Shown in pieces: positions 32,487 through 57,200 of a stretch of 64,000 bases of DNA. The DNA is taken from NCBI RefSeq assembly GCF_009914755.1, contig NC_060934.1; one strand, given 5' to 3'. Position numbers and translations under genes: made by a program. The notes under the pieces were generated by a model, which was not told the DNA's origin, made no database searches, and worked only from the letters and a program-made list of their open reading frames with translations. How positions within the stretch are numbered: the stretch's first letter is position 1; each line of letters opens with the position of its first letter. This DNA is from the human T2T-CHM13v2.0 reference genome, Homo sapiens.

Positions 32487-34756
32487 GTAGGGCACCGTTG
32501 CATTTTATTGTGTCTTCTTTAGCGGTGATAAGGTGGTCCTTTACCCTGCTTTTTATAATTCTTTATAAGAGTAAAAAATATTCTTGCAAAACAGTTACAG
32601 TTCTGTATATACTTAATCTCAAAGTTTTCTTATCCTTAGAGAGATTACAGGACATAATTAATCCATTTTATTTTGCATGTTTCCTAACTCATCACCATAA
32701 GATTAAAAACTATGACTTTCAAATGATCAAAAAGGACCTCAATCACCTCCAAATAAATTTATATGAGGTTTCAATTGTTTTCTTTAACATATCACTTAGT
32801 GAAAAACATTCAGAACAATTAGACATATCAATGAAGCCAATTTACATTTGGGTGGATATGAGTCATAGGAAAAAATGTAGACCATTTATTTGTATTGTAG
32901 CTGCTTTCTTGAGTGTATGGTGACCATTCAGATATGTATTATTTTGTTTCCATATAAGGTTTATTTATTTTTTCTTTTTTAACATTTTCTTGAATACCAA
33001 TATATAAGGTTTAAAAATAGCTTCTTTGGTAATGTGGGTATTAATTTTCACAGTTCAAGAACAGGATTAAAATGAAAAACTATGTGTCATTGTGTTCAAA
33101 GGGCAGCTTTTAAAATTTAATTCTCTATGTCTGCCTGTCTCTGACACCTATCAGTGTGGGAACAAGATATTCATCACTGAATTTGATAGTGACAGTCAAT
33201 AAATATTTGTTGACTAATATTTGTAGATTAAGTGGAAGGATATGTGTGTGTGTGTATCTGTGTGTGTGTGTGTGTGACCTCTTCATTCTCAGAAAGACCC
33301 CAGGGCCAAGAGCTTCTAAATCCACTAAAGTTTAAACCTGAATAAATTTCTCCCAGCTATTTAAATCTTATTTTGCATTAAACATAGTTTGAATATCTTC
33401 AAAGGTCTTAGGGTAGTGTTAGGGACATGGTAAACAATTGAGATTTGTTGGTTGATTCTTGGATTATCAATATGTAGGTATAGTTGCAAAATAATTACAA
33501 CTCCATTATAACTATTACATATACCTTTGTCTTATCTGAGCATCATAAATATTCTGCGAAAAAGAGCTGGTAATTTTCAATAGCAGAAATCAGAGCTTTG
33601 TAGCAATGGAAAACTCAACAATTTTTTTCCATATGGGGCATACTTTAAATTGTACCATTGCCTTCTAAAACTTGTGCATCCACCTAGTGGCTAGGTAGGT
33701 GGTCAAGTGCCAGGTGCTAGGTAGTTAAGTGCTAGATGCTAGGTGGCTAAGTCTAAGTGGAAACAAGAGAAAGGGTGAAGGGAGCCTAGATGTGTTTTAG
33801 GCCATGGCCTCTGCTCCCATTGCTGCTTCAGAGCCCTTGGCCTTCAACTTGTAACCCTTTCTACCTCTCCCCGGTCTCACAACACTGGCCAACATCTACA
33901 GACTTTGTCTGTCCTTAGAACTAACCTGTCGGCTAGTCTGTCTCTAGTGTTGGACTTGACTTCCTTTCTTGGTGCTTGGATCTTTTTTACCTTCTCTTCT
34001 TAGGAAAAATATCCCTGGTACCAATCTTGTACCTTGTCTTTCTACAGCAAAAAATCATTTAGATTTGGCAGCCACAGCACTCTCTCAGCATCACCCTCAA
34101 GGGCAGAGCCTGCATAGATATGTTCCCCGGGTGCTACCCTGTCACGACCATGCAGTGGGCCTAAAATGCCAATTGTTAGGTTAATGTTTGGGTATAAAAA
34201 AGGGTGAGAACACTCCTTTCCAAAGGCTACTGTTAAAACACACTGATGTTATTTTGGGGGGTAGAGTGAAGTTGCAACCCCCTAACAAGCCTTTATCTGG
34301 GACAGTATTCAACAAAAAGCTTTCCTAATTTTCTAAACTGTTCATCTAATAAGTTGATTAGATGAAGATTTCTTAGATTGGCATTTGATGCCTTTCCATA
34401 CATATGTACGTGTGTCGCTGATTTTCTACTGTAACTGTGCTTAAGGAACACATCAGCTCATGTGGCCAAATACGAGGGTTGAAAAATAATGACAGGACTC
34501 TCATTTCAGTCAAACTAGACTCTGCTATTTGACAATATGCCTCCTGGAGCTTAGGGTTCCTTTCCCCTATTATTCGCTCTTCTTTCTGCCTGCTAAAACC
34601 CAATGTATCTTGCAAGGCATAGCTCTAATGCTCTTTCTAGTGCTACTTACCTAGCTGCTAGGTGCTAGGCCTTGTGGAAACTCTATAAAGGTTACTAAGA
34701 TATAAGTAAGACACAGGCCCTGCCCTCAGGAATCTTTAGCCTGAAATGGTTATAAC

Positions 34757-34759
<3 letters not shown>

Positions 34760-34805
<46 letters not shown>
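34760..34805. repeat. (CA)n microsatellite
   Basis: About 23 CA units. Confidence 0.95.
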
Positions 34806-34807
<2 letters not shown>

Positions 34808-35058
34808 GCCAGAACAAATGCTCTGAATTCTTTGAAGCCTCTCCTATCTAGATGTGAATATTCCATTGTGAATCCCCATCTAGATGTGAATATTCAGTTG
34901 TGGAAGCCCCTAAGAATGTGATTCATACGAGCTCATGGGCTAATGGTGACGAAAATACTTACCTTTCTAATAAAAGTGAAAAGAGGCAGTCCAGCAAGAA
35001 TGTCATCATTTCAGCAAAGAAGAGAAGGAGGAGGAAGTATTTTAAAACGTCAAGCTCT

Positions 35059-35365
35059 GGCTACATGCAGTGGCTCATGCCTGTAATCCTAGCACTTTGG
35101 GAGGCTGAGGTGGGAGATCGCTTGAGGCCAGTTGAAGACCAGCTGAAGCAACATAGTGAGACCCTGTCCCTATAAAACACTTTTTAAAATTAGTTGGTGG
35201 CTTGTGCCTGTAGTCTCAGCTACTCGGGAGGCCAAAGGGGGAGGCTCACTTGAGCCCAGGAAGTCAAGACTGCGGCGAGCTGTGATCATGCCACTGCACC
35301 CCAGCCTGAGTGACAAGAGTAAGACCCTGTCTCCAAACACAAACCAAAACCAAAACCAAAAGAAA
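35059..35365 (+). mobile_element. AluJ
   Basis: Diverged dimer. Confidence 0.85.
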
Positions 35366-36462
35366 ACTATAAGCTATAAGGGTTGAGAGGGTGGAAAAGG
35401 AGTTTGGCTGGAGGCAGCTGAAGGCCCTGCCTTGAGGCCCCGGAATGAACAGTGAGAGAAAGGTTAGGATACTGGGACTGGAAATGCAAGAGAGAAACAT
35501 TCCCAGGGAAAAGCTTACACCTGGGAATTGAGGTAGAGAGAATACTGAAGCGTTTACCTACGTGTTTTTCCCTGTCACAGAAAAAAGGCATTGCTTTGGC
35601 AAATATTTTCTGCTGTAAAATCCTGAACTCTGTTAGCTTCCTTTCCCTGCCCACCTTGTTTTGCAGGTAGGCAACCTGAGGTGGCCTATTTGAGGTCAGA
35701 GTTCATATCTGGGCCAGGTGGAGTTTGCTCCCCTAAAAAGGTGAGCTCAGAGAGCTCAGTGACTCAGGACTCAAGAGATGGTTTCTACCAGTGTAATTCA
35801 AGGGTAACTGAACGGCATTTCTTTTGCAGAGCATTCAAACCTTCCCGCATACTCATTCCCACACATCATCTGGGAAAACAAGTCTCCTCTGTCTCAGACG
35901 TCATGAGTGGGTTGTGGCGACCAAGAGTCATTGTCAATGGCCTATAATGCCTTTCACCCCACCAGGCTGTGTTCTTCCCACCTCCTGACTTTATACATGG
36001 CTACTCCCAGGACAAGCTTCTTCCAGATGGTCCAGCTCGTTTCCTGCCTGACTTTCCCAATGAGCCCTTGTGTTGGCTCCTTTGGCCCTCTTTTTGAAAG
36101 AGTGGACAAGAATCAGATGATTCTGAGGTCTTGCATTTGTTTTCATTTTGTGTGTGAAATGGTGTTTAAGGTCCATAGCATTAAGTTTGAAGGAAAGATA
36201 GTTTCAGGAGAGAGCTGAGACTCTATACTTTTCCCAAGGTTTATTTGCATTGCCAATGAAACATCCATTAAAGCCATCTCAGCCAACTATAGAGTTTGAA
36301 TTGGGGAAGAAAATACCACGGTGGAAAAGTAGAATTTGATGTTAGCCATGCAGATGGCGACTGAACTTAAGAAAAAAGGGAGAAATGTAAAGGAAGGCCT
36401 ACTGTCAGTGCCTGTGTTGTCCCAGCATGGTTTAGCTTTGGCCATTCAAAATCCCCTACCTA

Positions 36463-36754
<292 letters not shown>

Positions 36755-36974
36755 TCCCCTAGCTTGCAGAATATTGGTAGGCTGAAACTTACGGGCAGGT
36801 AAAGTCTGCAACTAGTTTTGCTGCCCTAATCTTTTTGCCCTGGGCATCATTGTTTTCATTGCTTGCAACCACAGGCTAATTTCCACTGGATGTTCTCATT
36901 CTGTTTAGGTTTCCTGATTTTCACTGTAGCCTCTCCATCTGGTGTAGATGTGCCTGGCTCCTTGCCAGCTCCTT

Positions 36975-36988
36975 CCGCTAGGGGGCGT
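36975..36988 (+). promoter_or_regulatory. Candidate CTCF site
   Basis: CCGCTAGGGGGCGT closely matches the CTCF core CCRSYAGRKGGCRS. Confidence 0.5.
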
Positions 36989-38279
36989 GACTGTCCCTGG
37001 GAGACTTAATGGCTGTCCGGGGCCATGTTCGAGGAAACAACATTAGTCCCTGTTTTACTCAGTATTATCAAATTCCTTGCACAAGGATGGTCAATAGGTT
37101 TCAAGTAGCATATCGATTCAATGCATTGGGAATGGTTGCCTGAATCTTCATATTGAGGATGATCCTGATAAATTAGTGACGGTAGTATGGTCCTAGGATA
37201 GGGTAGTAGCAGTGTTCATAACATTTATTTACCATATTCACACTAGAACTTCCTGCTGTCAGGCATCACCCATCAGACCTGCTCCCATGGATACTGACTC
37301 AGACCTGGATGTAGCCTGGGGCTCGTGATGCCCCTTGGGGTCCTGCAGGTGTGTTGTTAGCCCCTTAGAACAGGTCCTGAAGTCACAATGTCTGAACCGA
37401 CTTGGGTTCAGAAGTCACAGCATGTTTTGTGGCTGTAGCTGAGCCTGAGATGATAAAATCATGGACACATTGTAGGGTACTGCAAAGTTAGTGGGAGGTA
37501 GAAAGGTGGGGGGCTGTGGGGCGGGGGTGGATGTCTAAAGAAGGCCCTGCAGAGGGCTGGGAAAAATAGGAGGAAAAGGGAATTGTACAAGATGACGTAC
37601 CAGAAGAAATTTTTGTAATTGTTTTATGATAACATAATTGTTTTACACTTGTATTCACAGACTCTCTCAGGCACTTTTCCAAAAGCTGACCATGAAGTTT
37701 TATCAGTTTAAGAGCAAACAGGATATCATATTTCTTTGACTTTAATGTTTTTAGGAATAAAGATAACGTGCTTTTAGGAAAGGAAAGAAAACATTAAAAA
37801 AAAAAAACCCTAAACTGTATATACTATAAAATCTTAGAATGACATACTAAAACAAAAAATAAGTAGTTAAATTTAACTGTGGATGTTCTAGAATGTTCTT
37901 GCTATTTATATCTTTATAAATGTAAGATTTGTATTAAATCTTATTTTATCAAGTATATTCATTAAGATCAAAGGTCTAGATTTTAATCTGGACTGAACAT
38001 TTACTACTTGTATGATTTTGGCCTTAGTTTCTGAAACTATAAAGTGGGGATTATGATAAAACCTATCTCAAATAATTAGTGTCTATAGGGTGCTTAGCAT
38101 AATAGTTGGCTGGCACAGAGTAAATAATAAATATTAGTGTTGACTATTATTGTCTAGTTTCCATTTGGGATGGATATTCTAGTATGACTTAATAAATACA
38201 TACTTTAGAGTCCTGAAGTAAACAATCATGCATAACACCTTGAAATTCTGAGCAGGTGTGAAATATTGAGTTATGTAAA

Positions 38280-39010
<731 letters not shown>

Positions 39011-39750
39011 AGTAATGTAAATTTTATTTTGGTTGCATTATATGCAGGGGAGAGAGGTGTCAATTTGAAAAATCACATTCACTAATGCTTATATTTTATA
39101 CTAATGCAATATCATGACCTGATTTAATCTCTAATGAGAATAGTATAGCGTTCTACATAAAAATGGAGTCCAGAGAAATTGTTCAGAAATAAATTTGGGC
39201 CTAACTGTGACAGAGGCTTGCTGCATCTGTTGCACCTCCAAAAAGCCTGGAATGTCTTATGAGACTCGGCTATACAGTTACCCAATTTTTGCTGGACATT
39301 TAAGTGATATCATTAGCTATGTGATGTTTATTGCAACACTAGATAAAACTTTAAAAACATTTTTAAGTTTAGGAGCCAAATATTCCAACCAGGGGGACAG
39401 TTTTGCTTATTTAGTGGTTAAGTGAATGGGTTTTGGAACCAGAGGGATATGGGTTCAAATTCTGCCTTTATAATTACTAATAGAGCTGTTGAAAGGATTA
39501 GTTGAATTAGGCATGAAATGTATTAATGAAATGTAATGTCTCATAGCAAATGCTCATTCACTCATTCATTTAGTAAATAAATAATAATGGCACATTTACA
39601 ATGTGACAGGCAGTGGTCTGGGTGCCGTTGATACAGCAAGATCAAGATCTGGAAAGTCCATGCTCACAGGGAGCTTGTATTTTAGTGAAAAGAGCCAGAA
39701 ATACACCAAAAAAAAAAGTGTTAATAAGTGCTATGAAGAATAAAAAAACA

Positions 39751-40110
<360 letters not shown>

Positions 40111-40144
<34 letters not shown>
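40111..40144. repeat. (CAT)n microsatellite
   Basis: About 11 CAT units; source of the poly-Met ORF. Confidence 0.95.
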
Positions 40145-40509
40145 TTCATTAGCTACATTTCAAATCCTATTTTGCCAAGAGGAGAGAGAAAAATCGGACA
40201 AGGGAGAGGAAAGGGAGAAAGGGCAAAGGGCAGTAAAGGAAGGCTAAGCAGGGAAAGAGAGAGGAATAGAGAGTGCATTGAACAGGATGACGAATAAGAA
40301 AACCAACAAGGAGAAGGAAGGTAAGAGTAGGGAGCAGGGACAATTGCTTGTCTTATAAACTGGTGGTGGTGGTGGAGTTGGTGGGGTGGGGGGTGTGTTA
40401 TTTGAAGGAAAGAGAGAATGGAACTCAGAGAAAATGATATTGTTCTTTAACTGCTCAGTGGACTTTAAAATGTTTAGTTTTGAGGGCTTTCAGGACATTT
40501 TTCTGAGGG

Positions 40510-40655
40510 CAGGGTTGGCAACATAATTTGTGGGGCCCAGGGCAAAATGAAAATGTAGATTCCTTTTTCAAAAATTATTAAGAATTACAAGATGGTGATG
40601 ACAGGGTATTGAACCAAAGGCAACTGCGTAGGTCACACACCATGAGCCAGCCCTG
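40510..40655. mobile_element. MER45-like hAT MITE
   Basis: TIRs CAGGGTTGGC / GCCAGCCCTG; 8-bp TSD TCTGAG(G/A)G. Confidence 0.75.
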
Positions 40656-41206
40656 TCTGAGAGCTTAATACATGAACATGGTACACAGCAAACATTTAAT
40701 AAAAATAGTTGTTGAATGAACAAAACCCGGGGCTAGTTGCTTTTGAACTCCTCTGAGGACTGGCCCGTATTTTAGAAAAAAACTGATTTTATTTGGCTTC
40801 AATTTCAAATTTCCTTCTATTGTTCTCCACCGTGGGGTCCAGATCTTTATGGAACAGCCGATTCCTGCACAGGGTTTTACAGCAGGAATCCTCCCAGACC
40901 AGCTGGGCTTTGTTTATTCTCTTGCACTTACAGAGTGTGGCCACTTGGGGTCACCACACCAAAAAGGCAGAAGCTGGAGGAGGGCCCCTGCGACGGTGGA
41001 CATCTGAAACGAGTGGCTAAAAGCCACTGGGAAGGATTAGTTTATCAGAGCCAATGTATAAAGACTGCCTGTACTTTACATTTTGATACAGTTCTATAAT
41101 TCTATAACAAGAGCTCTAAAACTCTTTAAGAAACATTTGAATGATGTAAAGTTTTGCGAGGATAATGATAGGGTTCCCAGGGGTGAGGAGGGGAATCTTT
41201 TTGTAA

Positions 41207-41867
<661 letters not shown>

Positions 41868-42941
41868 TTAAGCTTAATACGACAAGTATTTGCATGTGGA
41901 TCATTCACTTATTAATTGAGCCTCTACTATATGCAAGGCACTGGGCTGGGCAGTGAACAATACAGGCATCGTCCCTGTGCCTGATGTAGGAGCAGTTCCT
42001 GGAAATGGAGACAGACTCAGTGATTTGTTCACCACCATGATATGTGCTTCCAAGGATGAGTGAGCACTGCTCCCAAGGACAACGAAAGGTGCTTGCCTTA
42101 AAAGCGCAGGATCCAGAGGGTTCACTAAAATGGGTCTGGAACCAAGAATCCAACCCAAAGACATGTTCCTGTTTCCCTCTCTACAAAAGCAGGAAACATA
42201 TTTCAGTTGGTTTACATCCACCAAACATGCAGAAAACCCTGATACACAATCAGGTTTTTTTTTAATGATTAGGAAAAAGAACATTTATGTGTCTGGTTTT
42301 TATTTTTATTTTATCAAAGAGGAGGCTAAAATGCTGGGCTCTCTGGCTTACTAGCAAATGCCTGATAACCCTAGTCGCCAATGCTAATGTTGATTGAGCT
42401 CTAGGCTAAACATAATACATATATTATCTTCTTTAATCCTCACATAATTTGGTGAGCTAGGGATTCTTATTGTCCTTAATTCACACTTGAAGAACGTGAG
42501 CCTTAGTCAAGTTAAGTAACTCCCTGAGGCCTGACATCTAGTAAGAGATGAGTTGGAATTTGAATTCAAGTAGTTAAATGCCAGACCAGAGCAGTTGCAC
42601 TCTACAACCTCATTCTGAGGGAGGCGCTTTCCCAAGACAGGTCATTAGTCTGTAGATAAAAGGCGCAAAGTTAAGTTCCTAATGACTAAGAGTTTATTTA
42701 CAAGTCAAATCCTTACTTTGCCAATTACTTTTATACTGGACACAAAATGCATCTCCTGTCCTGCTGGTCTTCCTGGTGTATCTTTCTTCTTCCAGGAGTC
42801 CTGAAAAGAGATTTTGGATTGATCTCTGGAAGTCAATATCCACTGCCAAAAAATAATTCCACATGCATCTGCAATCTGCCTGTCTGTGCCCTGCTACTCC
42901 GCAACCTTCTCAGTGCAGACGTTAAATCATTCACTCCTTGG

Positions 42942-43650
<709 letters not shown>

Positions 43651-44058
43651 TTATTTAGGACATTTAGCTTTGAATTCTTAGCTAAAACCTCCAGGTACTC
43701 ACGGAACTGTCAGAAGTCTCAGAGGGAACCAGCAAAAACTGTTTCAGAAGGAGAAGTGGTAAATGGACTTCCTTCCATGTTCACTTGAATTTCGGGGAAG
43801 ATACTGCTGCTTATGTTGAAGTAATCTCTATGGGCAGGTGTTGAAACAGGGCTGGCCTGAGGAGTGCCTAAGCAGGGCTGGTTTCCCAGAGCAGGGGCAC
43901 TTGGAGCCAGCTTTGGAATAAAAGGTATCAGGACTGGTGAAGAAAAGGGGTAGAGTTCTAGGGAAGGAATGATCAGGAAAGTAATTCCCCAGCTGGAGAC
44001 ATTGGTCAAATAGGAAACTGGCCTGTGCCACATGCCCTGCTCTCCTCATTTTGCTCAT

Positions 44059-44160
44059 TATCATAGTTCACCGCAGCCTCGAACTCCTGGGCTCAAGCAA
44101 TCCTCCTGCCTCAGCCTCCCAAAGCTCTGGGATTATAGGTGTGAGCCACTGTGCTCGACC
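44059..44160 (-). mobile_element. Alu monomer fragment (FAM/FLAM-like)
   Basis: Short antisense monomer. Confidence 0.7.
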
Positions 44161-44393
44161 TAAGAAGTTCTTGAGAGGGGAAAATAACCTTTTGAAAATT
44201 GAAACTGAAACATAAAAAAAAGAAGACAAATTTTATCCCCTCCCACAAAAAGAATGAAAAGCTAGGTCTCTCTGCAGGAAATGGAAGACTGTCTTAGCTC
44301 AATGGATGTGTATAGCTGGAATCCATTGCTCTGAAGATTCCAGATTAATAGGAAGGAGGGCATTAGCAATGTTTTATAGGGCCCTTCCTAAGT

Positions 44394-44902
44394 TTGGTAG
44401 GCAGTGGGTCCCACTGATGCTCACATTCTAATCCCTGGAACCTGTGCATATGTTATTTTTACATGACAAAGGGGGTATTGCATATGTGATTAAGGTTAAG
44501 GACCCTGAGATGGAAGATTATCCTGGATTAAATGGTTGGGTCCACTCTAATCATATGGGTCCTTAAAAACTGAGCATCTTTTCCAGCCTAAGTCAGAGTC
44601 AGAGGAAGATGTGACCACAGAAGAATGGTCAGAGAGATGTAATGCTGCTAGCTTTGAAGATGGAGGAAGGGGGCCACAAGCCAAGGTATGTGGGTGGCCT
44701 CTAGAAGCTGGAAAAGGCAAAGAAACAAATTCTCCCGCAGAGTCTCTAGCAAGGAACACAGACATGCTGACACCTTGATTTTTAGCCCAGTGAGACCTGT
44801 GACAGACTTCTAACGTACAGAACTGTAAGATAATATGTCTGAGTCATTTTAAGCTACTCAATTTGTGGTGATTTGTTAAAGCAACAATGGAAAACTCATA
44901 CA
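44394..44902 (+). mobile_element. MLT1D-like MaLR solo LTR
   Basis: CTAATCCCTGGAACCTGTG...CTAGAAGCTGGAAAAGGCAA...GAAAACTCATACA. Confidence 0.8.
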
Positions 44903-45949
44903 CCATGGGACAGCAATATGAGGCAGACACTGCCATTGTCATTTACAGTCATTTAACTGACATATAAAAGAACTAGGTTCTTGCCCAATGTCACACAGCT
45001 GTCAAGTGATATTAATCCAAGAATTAATGTCTTCGGACACTGGTCTTCAGAGCTCATGCTCTAACTATTGCACAATACCACCTCCCAGGATGTTTGTGGG
45101 GAGGAGGCTGGAGGTAGGTTTCAAGTAAAAGCTCACTAAGGGTGAGTGAGTTACACAGCTGGATAAAGAGCTTGGTTGACTCAAAGGGAAGCTTTTCAAA
45201 GCCCTGGATTAATGTAGAGCAGAAAGTAGTTGTTCCTCAGGCTAGGTTTCCATTCTGTTCCTGTTTAGTCTTCCTTCCTCCCTGCTTTGATCATGACAAA
45301 CTGGTTTACTCAGTGTCCCACAAACATGTCATTAAGCACGACTTTTTTCTACACTGATACCTTTGTCCAAGCCTCCCTGCCTCTCTCTCCCACCTCCCTG
45401 CTGCTAACCCCCTTTCAAGAGCTCTCACCCCTTCTCAACCCAGCTACTCTGACCTGGGGGCACCTGAGTTCACGGACTTTGGTATGAATTACACATCGCC
45501 CTGGGCCTTTTTTTTTTTTTTTTTTTGGTATCTCTGCCATCAAGTGTCTTAACTTCTCATCATTTAATTTTTTATGTCGCTTATAATTTATTTCCAAGTT
45601 GACTGGCCGCTGTGGACTTCTTGCAGGCGGGGACATGAATCCACCTGGAGCGGTCTTCATGGTCAACTGGGATCTTTATTCGTTCCTAAAATAAATCTTA
45701 CTATCACATGCAATTTTGCTTTTCGTGAGTGCATGTTTTCCTTTCTCTGACTCCCCACGACCCAGAGTACATCAGGCCCTTGTTAAATGTCCCCGTGGCT
45801 CTTATTACAGATTCAGGGTGATGATCTGAGTGTCCACCTTGCTGATTACTACGGTACCCCCGCGTGTGGCACAGGGTGTGGCACACACAGAAGACAAGGA
45901 GATATGTTAAAGCCCAAAGGCCAGGCACAAGACGCCCAGGAGGGACTAG

Positions 45950-46960
45950 TCGCGAGAGAGGGCAGGAGGCCAGCTGGGTACCCGGCCGCCGCCCGCAGCC
46001 CCAGCTCACAGCCCCCGCTCACTCCTGCAGGTGCGGGGGCGGGAACCGGGTCGCGCGCCTTCTGCCCGGCGTTCCGCGCGCCCCCGCGCCGCCGGCCCGA
46101 GCGCCCCGCCCCCGCCCCGCCCCTTCGCGCTCGCGCCACTTGGAGCTCGCCCCCGTCGTTCCCGCGGCGCCGCGCCTCGCTGGCTCCTCAGCTTCCAGCC
46201 AAAATGGCGGAGAACAGCGAGAGTCTGGGCACCGTCCCCGAGCACGAGCGGATCTTGCAGGAGATCGAGAGCACCGACACCGCCTGTGTGGGGCCCACCC
46301 TCCGGTAAAGATCTCATCCCACCGGGACTTCGGCCCCCCGCCCCACGCCGGCCGCTCCTCACGAGCCGGGCGGGGCGTCCGCCGCCGGCCGCGCGCGAAG
46401 CTCCCCGACAGGTGGTGCGCGCGGGGGCGGGCGGGGGCGCTCGCGGGTGGCGGAACTCTAGCCGGTACCCGGGCGGGACCGAGAAGGCGGCTGCACCTGT
46501 CGGCGCGGCCTGCCTCCACCGCTGTAGCTGTCACCCCGCAGCCGGTGGGTGTGGCTGCTGCAGGGTCTCTAACCCCGGGCCCCGCGCTGCGGCCCCGCGT
46601 TCTCCTCCTGGCTGCGGCCCCCGGGCCCGAGGACACTTCTGGGGCCTGCCCCCGTCTCGCTCGTGGTGGGGCTGAGGGCTGCTCGGCCGCGGGCATGCCA
46701 GGCTAGGGTCGACAGCAGGCACCCGGCGTGACGGAGGTGCCAGGTCGCGCGCGGGTGGAAAGCCTGGCGCGCCGGGCTGCCGCGGGCGTGGGAGAATTGA
46801 AATTGAGCGGGAGACGCCGGCCCGCTTTCCCCCTACTCCCCCGCGCGGCCGCAGTGGGCGAGAAGAGAGCGTGGGCTGGAGAAGAGAGCGTGGGCTGGAG
46901 GAGAGCAGCTGCTTGCTGCTTGGGAACACGCTAGGGTGACCCTGCGCTCGCGGGATCTAA
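45950..46960 (+). promoter_or_regulatory. EXOC6: CpG island / main EXOC6 promoter
   Basis: Very GC- and CpG-rich; tandem GC boxes CGCCCCGCCCCCGCCCCGCCCC ~46102-46123; YY1-like CAAAATGGCGG overlapping the start codon. Confidence 0.92.
46204..46304 (+). CDS. EXOC6: EXOC6 canonical first coding exon (exocyst complex component 6 / SEC15L1)
   Basis: ATG at 46204 in strong Kozak context (AAAATGG) encodes MAENSESLGTVPEHERILQEIESTDTACVGPTL-R, recognised as the EXOC6 N-terminus; donor CG|GTAAAG at 46304/46305 (101 nt, phase 2); inside a CpG island. Confidence 0.95.
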
Positions 46961-48581
46961 GCTGCTTTGGAGGCAGAACAGCTTTTACTTATTTACAAAC
47001 ATTTCATTAAAATTGCATTAATTTTTCCGTTTAAATCGAGTTCCTCCCCATTCATTTTAAGAATAGTACTAGGTAATGCATATTCCATGCCAAACTGAGT
47101 ACCTGCTGTTCCAATAGAATATTATTAGCCAGGCAACGTAATGAGCCATGGGTTAGGTTAGGCACTGTCTTCAAGAATAAGTTCCTTTTACATATAAGGT
47201 TTCATCTTTTGGAGTGATAATAATGATAAATGAAGTTATTATTCACTTAGGGAACTTGAGACTGATTATGCTTTATCATTAGTATTCTTCAGAATACACT
47301 TCCTAGAATAGAGCGCTGTACAGTTTGTGGACCTGTGAATATAGTGTAAATTGAAGCCAGTTCAAGTTATGTAAATACACCTTGCCCTTAAGAGTCAGGA
47401 GGCCTGGGTTCTTGTTTTGCCCTAATTCTGCCTCTGATGAAATGTGCAGTCATGGAAAAAAATTATTTAACCTCTCTGGATCTCGGTTTCCTTATTTGTA
47501 GAATGGGGAGGGGAGAGTATTCAGATGCCCAGGAAACTCAGAACATTAGGGACCTTGCCTATTTGTTCACTACTGTATCCCTAACACCAAGCATGTGGTA
47601 GGCATGTTATAAATTTTTGTCACATAAGGTTTCTGCTATGATATGATAATGCATAATTAGTGCATTTCCTTAATTTTCCAACATTATTATTTCTTTTAAT
47701 AAACTGTATACTTGGTAATGAAAGAAGTAAGATTAAAAGGAAGCTTTGTTTTCATCACTGCATCTTGAAACTGAGAGTGCAGTGTGTGATAAAGTTACTA
47801 GAGTAGTTTATTTGTGAAAATAGTACTGGTTATGAAGGAGGTGCTTCATCTTAGGAAAATGTGCTAGGTAGTGTCCTTGAAAAAAGATGAAATTAACTTA
47901 GAAGAAAAATTTGAAATATATTGAGAGATTTTTGGGACACTCAGGAACAGAATATGTGTATTCATAGTGTTATTCTGTTCTTTTTTGCTGGGCAGTTGTT
48001 TCAACTGGCTCATTTTGTTTGAACCCACTCTCTTTTCTTTAGCAATCCCTGGTGACTCATACTTATCCCATATATATGTATATTTGTGTCTCATTTATAA
48101 GCAGACGCTTTTTGCACACATATAGAGGGTACTGCTAGCAGTCTTTTCTCTTGAACATTGTTTAAGCTACTACTATTTTTTCCCTTTTTTTTCAGGTTTC
48201 ACGAAGTGAAGTGTTAATATTGCATTTTTAAAAACCATTTATTATGGAAAAATTTTAAATGTTTAAAAAAGTAAAATAGTGTAATGAACCACCATGAACT
48301 GTCATCTAGCTTCAATTCATTCCCTGGCCAGTCTTGTTTGATCTCTTCCCTTATCTACTCCCTATAATCTTGGATTATTTTGAAGGAAATCCAAGACATC
48401 AATTTATTCATAAATATTTTAGTATTAAGATTAATTTTTGTTGTTATTTCCTAATTATCTTTTAGCTGGCCTGTAGACTTATCATTTTATTTATATTGTT
48501 TTTTCTCAGCGGCGGGATTTTTCAGCCTGATCTTTTCCTGAGAAGCACGTGATAAACTTTCCGCAGGCCCTGACATATAAC

Positions 48582-52185
<3,604 letters not shown>

Positions 52186-52189
52186 CATA

Positions 52190-57200
<5,011 letters not shown>

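Noticed and set aside
32498-32923. 141-aa ORF just after the alternative exon
   Set aside because: Intronic, TTG start, AT-rich, no recognisable homology
33685-33752. Degenerate ~22-bp repeats; similar short duplications at 34846-34895 and 59515-59578
   Set aside because: Ordinary 2-3 copy slippage duplications; no repeat-spacer array structure
45787-46203. 139-aa in-frame N-terminal extension of canonical exon 1 (ORF 45787-46308)
   Set aside because: Starts upstream of the GC boxes and likely TSS; lack of stops is expected in GC-rich DNA; low-complexity Pro/Arg/Ala content
45849-46934. Long overlapping ORFs (214-280 aa) on both strands
   Set aside because: CpG-island artefacts with no recognisable protein
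48540-48575. C/D-box snoRNA-like GTGATAA...CTGA
   Set aside because: Too short, imperfect C box, no convincing terminal stem
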